64,000 nucleotides of DNA from Eledone cirrhosa (lineage: Eukaryota): contig OZ024741.1 of NCBI GenBank assembly GCA_964016885.1, positions 13,144,001-13,208,000 of the forward strand, written 5' to 3'. Position numbers and translations under genes: made by a program. Positions 1 to 11,889 of this stretch are shown one piece after another. The number at the start of each line of letters is the position of its first letter. Within the stretch, counting starts at the first letter, position 1. The notes under the pieces are model-generated. The model was not told the origin of the DNA. It was given only the letters and a program-made list of their open reading frames with translations, and searched no databases.

Positions 1-41
<41 letters not shown>

Positions 42-217
42 TACCGTAATACAATCAATATTTCAGTTCTTTCATTTGAGGAGAAAATTGGTAAATTGAA
101 TCTCCTTTGATAAAAGAGCAGCTACTCGATATAATTTACTCTATCCCCCTAATTAGCAATACATTAAAAATTTACAATATTTCGATCTAGGCAATCATGT
201 ATACATTATAATAGATA

Positions 218-3200
218 GTGAAAGCCTGTGGCTTAGTGGTTACAGTGTTCAGCTGATCTTCCTAACAACGTAAGTTCCATTTAGGGCGGTGAGATGTGTC
301 CTTGTACAAGACATTACAGCGGTGAGATGTGTCCTTGTACAAGACATTACGGCGGTGAGATGTGTCCTTATACAAGATATTACGGCGGTGAGATGTGTCC
401 TTGTACAAGATATTACGGCGGTGAGATGTGTCCTTGTACAAGACATTACGGTGGTGAGATGTGTCCTTGTACAAGACATTACGGTGATAAGATCTGTCCT
501 TGTACAAGACATTACGGCGGTGAGATGTGTCCTTGTACAAGATATTACGGCGGTGAGATGTGTCCTTGTACAAGACATTACGGCGGTGAGATGTGTCCTT
601 GTACAAGACATTACGGCGGTGAGATGTGTCCTTGTACAAGATATTACGGTCGTGAGATGTGTCCTTGTACAAGACATTACGGCGGTGAGATGTGTCCTTG
701 TACAAGATATTACGGCGGTGAGATGTGTCCTTGTACAAGACATTACGGCGGTGAGATGTGTCCTTGTACAAGATATTACGGCGGTGAGATGTGTCCTTGT
801 ACAAGATATTACGGCGGTGAGATGTGTCCTTGTAGAAGATATTACGGCGGTGAGATGTGTCCTTGTACAAGACATTACAGCGGTGAGATGTGTCCTTGTA
901 CAAGATATTACGGCGGTGAGATGTGTCCTTGTACAAGATATTACGGCGGTGAGATGTGTCCTTGTACAAGACATTACAGCGGTGAGATGTGTCCTTGTAC
1001 AAGACATTACGGCGGTGAGATGTGTCCTTGTACAAGATATTACGGCGGTGAGATGTGTCCTTGTACAAGATATTACTGCGGTGAGATGTGTCCTTGTACA
1101 AGATATTACGGCGGTGAGATGTGTCCTTGTACAAGATATTACGGCGGTGAGATGTGTCCTTGTACAAGATATTACGGTGGTAAGATGTGTCCTTGTACAA
1201 GACATTACGGCGGTGAGATGTGTCCTTGTACAAGACATTACGGCGGTGAGATATGTCCTTGTACAAGATATTACGGTGATAAGATGTGTCCTTGTACAAG
1301 ACATTACGGCGGTGAGATGTGTCCTTGTACAAGATATTACGGCGGTGAGATGTGTCCTTGTACAAGATATTACGGCGGTGAGATGTGTCCTTGTACAAGA
1401 CATTACGGCGGTGAGATGCGTCCTTGTACAAGACATTACGGCGTTGAGATGTGTCCTTGTACAAGATATTACGGTGGTAAGATGTGTCCTTGTAGAAGAC
1501 ATTACGGCGGTGAGATGTGTCCTTGTACAAGATATTACGGCGGTGAGATGTGTCCTTGTACAAGATATTACGGTGATAACATGTGTCCTTGTACAAGATA
1601 TTACGGTGGTGAGATGTGTCCTTGTACAAGATATTACGGTGGTGAGATGTGTCCTTGTACAAGATATTACGGTGGTAAGATGTGTCCTTGTACAAGATAT
1701 TACGGTGGTAAGATGAGTCCTTGTACAAGATATTACGGCGGTGAGATGTGTCCTTGTACAAGATATTACGGCGGTGAGATGTGTCCTTGTACAAGATATT
1801 ACGGCGGTGAGATGTGTCCTTGTACAAGATATTACGGCGGTGAGATGTGTCCTTGTACAAGACATTACGGCGGTGAGATGTGCCCTTGTAGAAGATATTA
1901 CGGCGGGGAGATGTGTCCTTGTACAAGACATTACGGCGGTGAGATGTGCCCTTGTACAAGATATTACGGCGGGGAGATGTGTTCTTGTACAAGATATTAC
2001 GGTGGTAAGATGTGTCCTTGTACAAGATATTACGGCGGTGAGATATGTCCTTGTACAAGATATTACGGTGGTAAGATGTGTCCTTGTACAAGATATTACG
2101 GTGGTAAGATGTGTCCTTGTACAAGATATTACGGCTGTGAGATGTGTCCTTGTACAAGATATTACGGCGGTGAGATGTGTCCTTGTACAAGATATTACGG
2201 TGGTAAGATGTGTCCTTGTACAAGATATTACGGCGGTAAGATGAGTCCTTGTACAAGATATTACGGTGGTAAGATGTGTCCTTGTACAAGATATTACGGT
2301 GGTAAGACGTGTCCTTGTACAAGATATTACGGTGGTAAGATGTGTCCTTGTACAAGATATTACGGCGGTGAGATGTGTCCTTGTACAAAACATTACGGCG
2401 GTGAGATGTGTCCTTGTACAAGATATTACGGCGGTGAGATGTGTCCTTGTACAAGATATTACGGTGGTAAGGTGTGTCCTTGTACAAGATATTACGGTGA
2501 TAAGATGTGTCCTTGTACAAGATATTACGGTGGTAAGATGTGTCCTTGTACAAGATATTACGGCGGTGAGATGTGTCCTTGTACAAGACATTACGGCGGT
2601 GAGATGTTTCCTTGTACAAGATATTACGGCGGTGAGATGTGTCCTTGTACAAGATATTACGGTGGTAAGGTGTGTCCTTGTACAAGATATTACGGTGATA
2701 AGATGTGTCCTTGTACAAGATATTACGGTGGTAAGATGTGTCCTTGTACAAGATATTACGGCGGTGAGATGTGTCCTTGTACAAGACATTACGGCGGTGA
2801 GATGTGTCCTTGTACAAGATATTACGGCGGTGAGATGTGTCCTTGTACAAGATATTACGGTGGTAAGGTGTGTCCTTGTACAAGATATTACGGTGATAAG
2901 ATGTGTACTTGTACAAGACATTACGGCGGTGAGATGTGTCCTTGTACAAGATATTACGGCGGTGAGATGTGTCCTTGTACAAGACATTACGGCGGTGAGA
3001 TGTGTCCTTGTAGAAGATATTACGGCGGTGAGATGTGTCCTTGTACAAGACATTACAGCGGTGAGATGTGTCCTTGTACAAGATATTACGGCGGTGAGAT
3101 GTGTCCTTGTACAAGATATTACGGCGGTGAGATGTGTCCTTGTACAAGACATTACAGCGGTGAGATGTGTCCTTGTACAAGACATTACGGCGGTGAGATG

Positions 3201-6200
3201 TGTCCTTGTACAAGATATTACGGCGGTGAGATGTGTCCTTGTACAAGATATTACGGCGGTGAGATGTGTCCTTGTACAAGATATTACGGCGGTGAGATGT
3301 GTCCTTGTACAAGATATTACGGTGGTAAGATGTGTCCTTGTACAAGACATTACGGCGGTGAGATGTGTCCTTGTACAAGACATTAGGGCGGTGAGATATG
3401 TCCTTGTACAAGATATTACGGTGATAAGATGTGTCCTTGTACAAGACATTACGGCGGTGAGATGTGTCCTTGTACAAGATATTACGGCGGTGAGATGTGT
3501 CCTTGTACAAGATATTACGGCGGTGAGATGTGTCCTTGTACAAGACATTACGGCGGTGAGATGTGTCCTTGTACAAGACATTACGGCGTTGAGATGTGTC
3601 CTTGTACAAGATATTACGGTGGTAAGATGTGTCCTTGTAGAAGACATTACGGCGGTGAGATGTGTCCTTGTACAAGATATTACGGCGGTGAGATGTGTCC
3701 TTGTACAAGATATTACGGTGGTAAGATGTGTCCTTGTACAAGATATTACGGTGGTAAGACGAGTCCTTGTACAAGATATTACGGCGGTGAGATGTGTCCT
3801 TGTACAAGATATTACGGCGGTGAGATGTGTCCTTGTACAAGATATTACGGCGGTGAGATGTGTCCTTGTACAAGATATTACGGCGGTGAGATGTGTCCTT
3901 GTACAAGACATTACGGCGGTGAGATGTGCCCTTGTACAAGATATTACGGCGGTGAGATGTGTCCTTGTACAAGACATTACGGCGGTGAGATGTGCCCTTG
4001 TACAAGATATTACGGCGGGGAGATGTGTTCTTGTACAAGATATTACGGTGGTAAGATGTGTCCTTGTACAAGATATTACGGCGGTGAGATATGTCCTTGT
4101 ACAAGATATTACGGTGGTAAGATGTGTCCTTGTACAAGATATTACGGTGGTAAGATGTGTCCTTGTACAAGATATTACGGCTGTGAGATGTGTCCTTGTA
4201 CAAGATATTACGGCGGTGAGATGTGTCCTTGTACAAGATATTACGGTGGTAAGATGTGTCCTTGTACAAGATATTACGGCGGTAAAATGAGTCCTTGTAC
4301 AAGATATTACGGTGGTGAGATGTGTCCTTGTACAAGATATTACGGTGGTAAGATGTGTCCTTGTACAAGATATTACGGTGGTAAGATGTGTCCTTGTACA
4401 AGATATTACGGCTGTGAGATGTGTCCTTGTACAAGATATTACGGCGGTGAGATGTGTCCTTGTACAAGATATTACGGTGGTAAGATGTGTCCTTGTACAA
4501 GATATTACGGCGGTAAGATGAGTCCTTGTACAAGATATTACGGTGGTGAGATGTGTCCTTGTACAAGATATTACGGCGGTGAGATGTGTCCTTGTACAAG
4601 ATATTACGGTGGTAAGGTGTGTCCTTGTACAAGATATTACGGTGATAAGATGTGTCCTTGTACAAGATATTACGGCGGTGAGATGTGTCCTTGTACAAGA
4701 TATTACGGTGGTAAGATGTGTCCTTGTACAAGATATTACGGCGGTAAGATGAGTCCTTGTAGAAGATATTACGGTGGTGAGATGTGTCCTTGTACAAGAT
4801 ATTAGGGCGGTGAGATGTGTCCTTGTACAAGACATTACGGTGGTGAGATGTGTCCTTGTACAAGATATTACGGTGGTAAGATGTGTCCTTGTACAAGATA
4901 TTACGGTGGTGAGATGTGTCCTTGTACAAGATATTACGGCGGTAAGATGTGTCCTTGTACAAGATATTACGGCGGTGAGATGTGTCCTTGTACAAGATAT
5001 TACGGCGGTGAGATGTGTCCTTGTACAAGACATTACGGCGGTGAGATGTGTCCTTGTACAAGATATTAGGGCGGTGAGATGTGTCCTTGTACAAGATATT
5101 ACGGTGGTGAGATGTGTCCTTGTACAAGATATTACGGCGGTAAGATGTGTCCTTGTACAAGATATTACGGCGGTGAGATGTGTCCTTGTACAAGATATTA
5201 CGGCGGTGAGATGTGTCCTTGTACAAGATATTACGGTGGTAAGATGTGTCCTTGTACAAGATATTACGGTGGTGAGATGTGTCCTTGTACAAGATATTAG
5301 GGCGGTGAGATGTGTCCTTGTACAAGACATTACGGTGGTAAGATGTGTCCTTGTACAAGATATTACGGCGGTGAGATATGTCCTTGTACAAGATATTACG
5401 GCGGTGAGATGTGTCCTTGTACAAGACATTACGGCGGTGAGATGTGTCCTTGTACAAGATATTACGGCGGTGAGATGTGTCCTTGTACAAGATATTACGG
5501 TGGTAAGGTGTGTCCTTGTACAAGATATTACGGTGATAAGATGTGTCCTTGTACAAGATATTACGGTGGTAAGATGTGTCCTTGTACAAGATATTACGGC
5601 GGTGAGATGTGTCCTTGTACAAGACATTACGGCGGTGAGATGTTTCCTTGTACAAGATATTACGGCGGTGAGATGTGTCCTTGTACAAGATATTACGGTG
5701 GTAAGGTGTGTCCTTGTACAAGATATTACGGTGATAAGATGTGTCCTTGTACAAGATATTACGGTGGTAAGATGTGTCCTTGTACAAGATATTACGGCGG
5801 TGAGATGTGTCCTTGTACAAGACATTACGGCGGTGAGATGTGTCCTTGTACAAGATATTACGGCGGTGAGATGTGTCCTTGTACAAGATATTACGGTGGT
5901 AAGGTGTGTCCTTGTACAAGATATTACGGTGATAAGATGTGTACTTGTACAAGACATTACGGCGGTGAGATGTGTCCTTGTACAAGATATTACGGCGGTG
6001 AGATGTGTCCTTGTACAAGACATTACGGCGGTGAGATGTGTCCTTGTAGAAGATATTACGGCGGTGAGATGTGTCCTTGTACAAGACATTACAGCGGTGA
6101 GATGTGTCCTTGTACAAGATATTACGGCGGTGAGATGTGTCCTTGTACAAGATATTACGGCGGTGAGATGTGTCCTTGTACAAGACATTACAGCGGTGAG

Positions 6201-8805
6201 ATGTGTCCTTGTACAAGACATTACGGCGGTGAGATGTGTCCTTGTACAAGATATTACGGCGGTGAGATGTGTCCTTGTACAAGATATTACGGCGGTGAGA
6301 TGTGTCCTTGTACAAGATATTACGGCGGTGAGATGTGTCCTTGTACAAGATATTACGGTGGTAAGATGTGTCCTTGTACAAGACATTACGGCGGTGAGAT
6401 GTGTCCTTGTACAAGACATTAGGGCGGTGAGATATGTCCTTGTACAAGATATTACGGTGATAAGATGTGTCCTTGTACAAGACATTACGGCGGTGAGATG
6501 TGTCCTTGTACAAGATATTACGGCGGTGAGATGTGTCCTTGTACAAGATATTACGGCGGTGAGATGTGTCCTTGTACAAGACATTACGGCGGTGAGATGT
6601 GTCCTTGTACAAGACATTACGGCGTTGAGATGTGTCCTTGTACAAGATATTACGGTGGTAAGATGTGTCCTTGTAGAAGACATTACGGCGGTGAGATGTG
6701 TCCTTGTACAAGATATTACGGCGGTGAGATGTGTCCTTGTACAAGATATTACGGTGGTAAGATGTGTCCTTGTACAAGATATTACGGTGGTAAGACGAGT
6801 CCTTGTACAAGATATTACGGCGGTGAGATGTGTCCTTGTACAAGATATTACGGCGGTGAGATGTGTCCTTGTACAAGATATTACGGCGGTGAGATGTGTC
6901 CTTGTACAAGATATTACGGCGGTGAGATGTGTCCTTGTACAAGACATTACGGCGGTGAGATGTGCCCTTGTACAAGATATTACGGCGGTGAGATGTGTCC
7001 TTGTACAAGACATTACGGCGGTGAGATGTGCCCTTGTACAAGATATTACGGCGGGGAGATGTGTTCTTGTACAAGATATTACGGTGGTAAGATGTGTCCT
7101 TGTACAAGATATTACGGCGGTGAGATATGTCCTTGTACAAGATATTACGGTGGTAAGATGTGTCCTTGTACAAGATATTACGGTGGTAAGATGTGTCCTT
7201 GTACAAGATATTACGGCTGTGAGATGTGTCCTTGTACAAGATATTACGGCGGTGAGATGTGTCCTTGTACAAGATATTACGGTGGTAAGATGTGTCCTTG
7301 TACAAGATATTACGGCGGTAAGATGAGTCCTTGTACAAGATATTACGGTGGTGAGATGTGTCCTTGTACAAGATATTACGGTGGTAAGATGTGTCCTTGT
7401 ACAAGATATTACGGTGGTAAGATGTGTCCTTGTACAAGATATTACGGCTGTGAGATGTGTCCTTGTACAAGATATTACGGCGGTGAGATGTGTCCTTGTA
7501 CAAGATATTACGGTGGTAAGATGTGTCCTTGTACAAGATATTACGGCGGTAAGATGAGTCCTTGTACAAGATATTACGGTGGTGAGATGTGTCCTTGTAC
7601 AAGATATTACGGCGGTGAGATGTGTCCTTGTACAAGATATTACGGTGGTAAGGTGTGTCCTTGTACAAGATATTACGGTGATAAGATGTGTCCTTGTACA
7701 AGATATTACGGCGGTGAGATGTGTCCTTGTACAAGATATTACGGTGGTAAGATGTGTCCTTGTACAAGATATTACGGCGGTAAGATGAGTCCTTGTAGAA
7801 GATATTACGGTGGTGAGATGTGTCCTTGTACAAGATATTAGGGCGGTGAGATGTGTCCTTGTACAAGACATTACGGTGGTGAGATGTGTCCTTGTACAAG
7901 ATATTACGGTGGTAAGATGTGTCCTTGTACAAGATATTACGGTGGTGAGATGTGTCCTTGTACAAGATATTACGGCGGTAAGATGTGTCCTTGTACAAGA
8001 TATTACGGCGGTGAGATGTGTCCTTGTACAAGATATTACGGCGGTGAGATGTGTCCTTGTACAAGACATTACGGCGGTGAGATGTGTCCTTGTACAAGAT
8101 ATTAGGGCGGTGAGATGTGTCCTTGTACAAGATATTACGGTGGTGAGATGTGTCCTTGTACAAGATATTACGGCGGTAAGATGTGTCCTTGTACAAGATA
8201 TTACGGCGGTGAGATGTGTCCTTGTACAAGATATTACGGCGGTGAGATGTGTCCTTGTACAAGATATTACGGTGGTAAGATGTGTCCTTGTACAAGATAT
8301 TACGGTGGTGAGATGTGTCCTTGTACAAGATATTAGGGCGGTGAGATGTGTCCTTGTACAAGACATTACGGTGGTGATATGTGTCCTTGTACAAGATATT
8401 ACGGTGGTAAGATGTGTCCTTGTACAAGATATTACGGTGGTGAGATGTGTCCTTGTACAAGATATTACGGTGTTGAGATGTGTCCTTTTACAAGATATTA
8501 CGGTGGTAAGATGTGTCCTTGTGTATGACATAACATTTCTTGTTGTCTCAGTCGACTCAGCTGACAAACATTAGTTGTACCTGCAATTGAGAGGCCAGTC
8601 TTGTGAGGTACTGTATCACAAAGAATCTCCCTGAGAATTACAGTGGAATGCTCAGCCACTGGCTCGTTCATTTCACACGAAGGCTGTTCCGTTGTTCGGA
8701 CAAGTGGAACACTCGTCGTCGAAACTCACGGAGATCTAACACAACAGCAACAGCAACAACAACAACAGCAACAACAACAGCAACAACAACAACAACAACA
8801 GCAAC
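218..8805 (+). mobile_element. tRNA-derived SINE split by an internal 33-bp tandem array (head 218-283, body ~8531-8740, (CAA)n tail ~8741-8805)
   Basis: A-box-like TGGCTTAGTGGT at 229-240 and degenerate B-box GTTCCATTT at 274-282 lead straight into the array. SINE-like body resumes after ~8530 (GAATCTCCCTGAGA...TTCCGTTG). Uninterrupted relatives occur at ~35978-36095 (head, minus) and ~21435-21610 (body). Confidence 0.8.
284..8530. repeat. 33-bp minisatellite/satellite, ~250 copies, consensus GGCGGTGAGATGTGTCCTTGTACAAGAYATTAC
   Basis: Direct 33-bp periodicity; 11-aa periodic translations in the ORF track; substitutions but no visible indels between units. Confidence 0.99.
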
Positions 8806-8832
8806 TTATAGGTTTGTCAAGTTGTTAATAAT

Positions 8833-9018
8833 TGTTTCTACTTTAGGCACAAGGCCAGCAAATACCTAGTGTATTACTGGTACTTTATTTTATCTACCCC
8901 GTAAGGATGAAAGGCAAAGTCAACCTCGGCGGGATTTGAACTCAGATCGTAAAGGGACGTAACTATGCTGGAAAGCATGGCGTCCGACCCTCTACCGATA
9001 CTGCCAATCCACCGCCCT
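8833..9018 (-). mobile_element. tRNA-derived SINE, second family (Meta-domain-like core), 16-bp TSD
   Basis: Minus strand GGCGGTGGATTGGCAG...GAGTTCAAATCCCGCCGAGGTTGACTTTGCCTTTCATCCTTACGGGG...AAAGTACCAGT; flanked by TCAAGTTGTTAATAAT at 8817-8832 and 9019-9034. Confidence 0.85.
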
Positions 9019-9034
9019 TCAAGTTGTTAATAAT

Positions 9035-9235
9035 AGTTTCTGATATAAGCACAAGGCCAACCATTTTTAGGGGGATTGGAGAGTTGATTAAATCGACTCC
9101 AGTGCGTTACTGGTACTTTATTTTATCGACCCCGTAAGGTTGAAAGGCGGGATTTGAAAATAGAACATAAAGGGCCGTAACTCTGTGCCGCAAATGGTGT
9201 CCGATCCTCTACCGATTACAGTCAATCCACCGGCT
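9035..9235 (-). mobile_element. Older copy of the same SINE family
   Basis: Same head and core (TTTATTTTATCGACCCCGTAAGG on +) with an internal deletion. Confidence 0.75.
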
Positions 9236-9509
9236 TTAGGTATGTTGTTAATAATAAAGGTGATTTAAGGTATAGGAATCGATGGGAACGGGATGAAGGC
9301 CGCTATCTAATGTTTTATTTTGTCAATTTGAAGGTGAAAGAGATTTGAAACCTCTAGCAGGCCTCTCGAGGACTGTGACATTAAGTACTCTAAACACACG
9401 TATGTACACACGCGTGCGCAACACATATATCTTTATAAGAAAGCACAAGTGTCATGTAACAATCACTTTGTACCATATTTGTTTGGGAAATGGTAATTTT
9501 ATATCTTCC

Positions 9510-9747
<238 letters not shown>

Positions 9748-9956
9748 GTCTGACGCGTGGAACATCGCCGGTAAGCTTTAATGTTAATTTCTATACAAAA
9801 AACCGAACTAATTGTTTGAAAAAACATAACATTTTGTAGATTAACCCCCAAGCTGAATTGTCAGCTGGGCGGTAATCCCATTTTTCGCCCCTGTAGGGGC
9901 GAAAATTTTATTTTAAAAATTTGTTTTAAATTATCAGATTTTACAAACTAAATAAC

Positions 9957-11849
9957 TTGAGCAACACAAGAACGCTGGAGAACGTTAATAGAGAAAAGAG
10001 AGAGAAAGAGGCAGATATTAACGTTATATTTGCTTCTGCTACTATGGACGTCGTCATAGATACGACTGTCAACAAAGAGGAAAAAATATTACCACTTGAA
10101 GATTTTAAAATTTCTACCGCCGAAGTGGAGAAAAATAACAATAACACACAGGAAAACACAGGAATTAAACCCATTAACATACATACACATGAAAAAGACA
10201 TCAACAACTCTACATCTACATCTACACATAATGTTTCACCTCGACAAGGAACTGAGATGTCCAACACCGAGGCTAACAACGATAACAACAACAACAGCAA
10301 CACCACACAAAAACAAGAAAATGTCTTTCGCTGAAACAGTGAACAAAAAACAAGATTTTATAAATCTTGATATCTCCAACGCAATAGATATGCTCCAGCA
10401 AGGGAGAAAATTTGTAACTTTCGAAGAAAGAGGTGGGTTTAGAATTAACTCACCCCTTGAAATAAAGGAAGACACAATTCGCAGATCAGTCACCTTTAGG
10501 ACTGTGTCAAATACCACAAGAAAGCCGACATTTGTTAACCAAGCAGATATAGAAGATACTTTCAAGGAAATTCTAGCAAATGTCGATTTTCTCCAGCGAG
10601 GAAAACAGTACGGAAGTGTTTCCGTACTGTTTAAAAGCGAGGCACTCGCACAAAAACACTCTGTGACACCAATGGTGTCAAAATCATATACCCTTTTCCC
10701 TACATACATGGGGAAAAAGGACACAAAAAATAAAAATAAAAAACATACCTCCAAACATTAACATCTGGTGGATCTTGGCTGGCTTCGTAGAGCCCGAAAC
10801 TGATATGATTCTTTCGATACGAAAATCTATTCGACAAGGTGGGCGGGTACAGATTTGGAGATTCTGTTGCAAATGAAACCGGAGAGAATCTCCAAAATAC
10901 CCGAAAGATTCGTCATCGATAATAACAACAAAATAAACATTTCGGTAGAAGGACGAAAATTTCATTGCTTTCGCTGTGGTAGCACAGCACACCTAAAAGC
11001 CTCTTGTCCACAAACACACAACAACAACATCATAAAAAAAACGCTATTACCAACACCAACACCAAAACAACCACAACGACAGACGAAACGAGCAACCACA
11101 CCAAAACAAACAGACACTCAACCAACAACAACAACAGAAAAAACAGAGACAACACCCCTAAAGAACCACCCCATCCCACTCCATCAAATACTACCACAAA
11201 CACACACACCGAAACACCACCACCACACAACATACCCCTACCCCACACACCTGACGATGATTATTCATCGACGGTTGAAGCTGCTTCTCCTTCTTTAAGT
11301 GAAGAAGAGGGAGAACCGCGGAAATCTAAAAAGCAAAAAAAGAGACACCACAAAACCCCCAAAACTCCAATCACCAACCACAGACACAAACAACCACAGA
11401 CACAAACAACAACACAAACAACACCGCAGTCAAACATCCCCCTATCAGCAAAACCAGCACCAACACCACCCCAAACACAAGCACCCACTATAAAAAGAAA
11501 ACTCCCAGACGAACAACAAACTAAAACAACACAACAAAAACACAAACAACAATACGCATACATCAACACAAACAACAAGAGTTTGATGGAGGTCATCTCC
11601 CCAAACCCCAAGGTGGTGACGGAGGGCAAAACTTTCGTCAAGGCAGAATCGTCTCCACACCTTAAACTTATAAGGGTTTCTATTGAAATCTATAATGACC
11701 TAACAAATAAATTTTCACAGGACGTGGGCAACCCCTGCCACAAACCCATCAACCGCGTCCTGTTAAAATGTTTCCCCACCCACCCAACACCCTATCCAGC
11801 ACCCAAATGGAGATTGAACAACCCGATCTCCAGGAAACGAAAAGGTAAG
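9957..11849 (+). pseudogene. Tx1 ORF1 (gag-like, zinc knuckle), frameshifted
   Basis: Overlapping ORFs 9957-10334, 10096-10761, 10855-11298 (ISVEGRKFHCFRCGSTAHLKASC) and 11004-11897; homologous to ISVEGKRPKCFRCGSKTHLRAFC in copy 3. Confidence 0.8.
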
Positions 11850-11889
11850 TGCACCTTTCGTCCTTTTTCTCCAACTTTTCTTCACCAAC

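Noticed and set aside
218-283. tRNA gene
   Set aside because: Only degenerate A/B boxes, no cloverleaf, and it continues into SINE body; the same holds for the other SINE heads.
284-8530. CRISPR array (33-bp partly palindromic repeat)
   Set aside because: Units are contiguous with no unique spacers, there are no cas genes, and the context is eukaryotic.
249-8567. 2772-aa and 2732-aa minus-strand ORFs and Cys-rich plus-strand ORFs as real repeat proteins
   Set aside because: A 33-bp unit without stops opens several frames at once; the single-base routes to a stop on minus lie in the largely invariant core; there are no unique domains; the flanks are SINE sequence.
8643-8828. Poly-Q / poly-Thr ORFs
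   Set aside because: Translations of the SINE (CAA)n tail.
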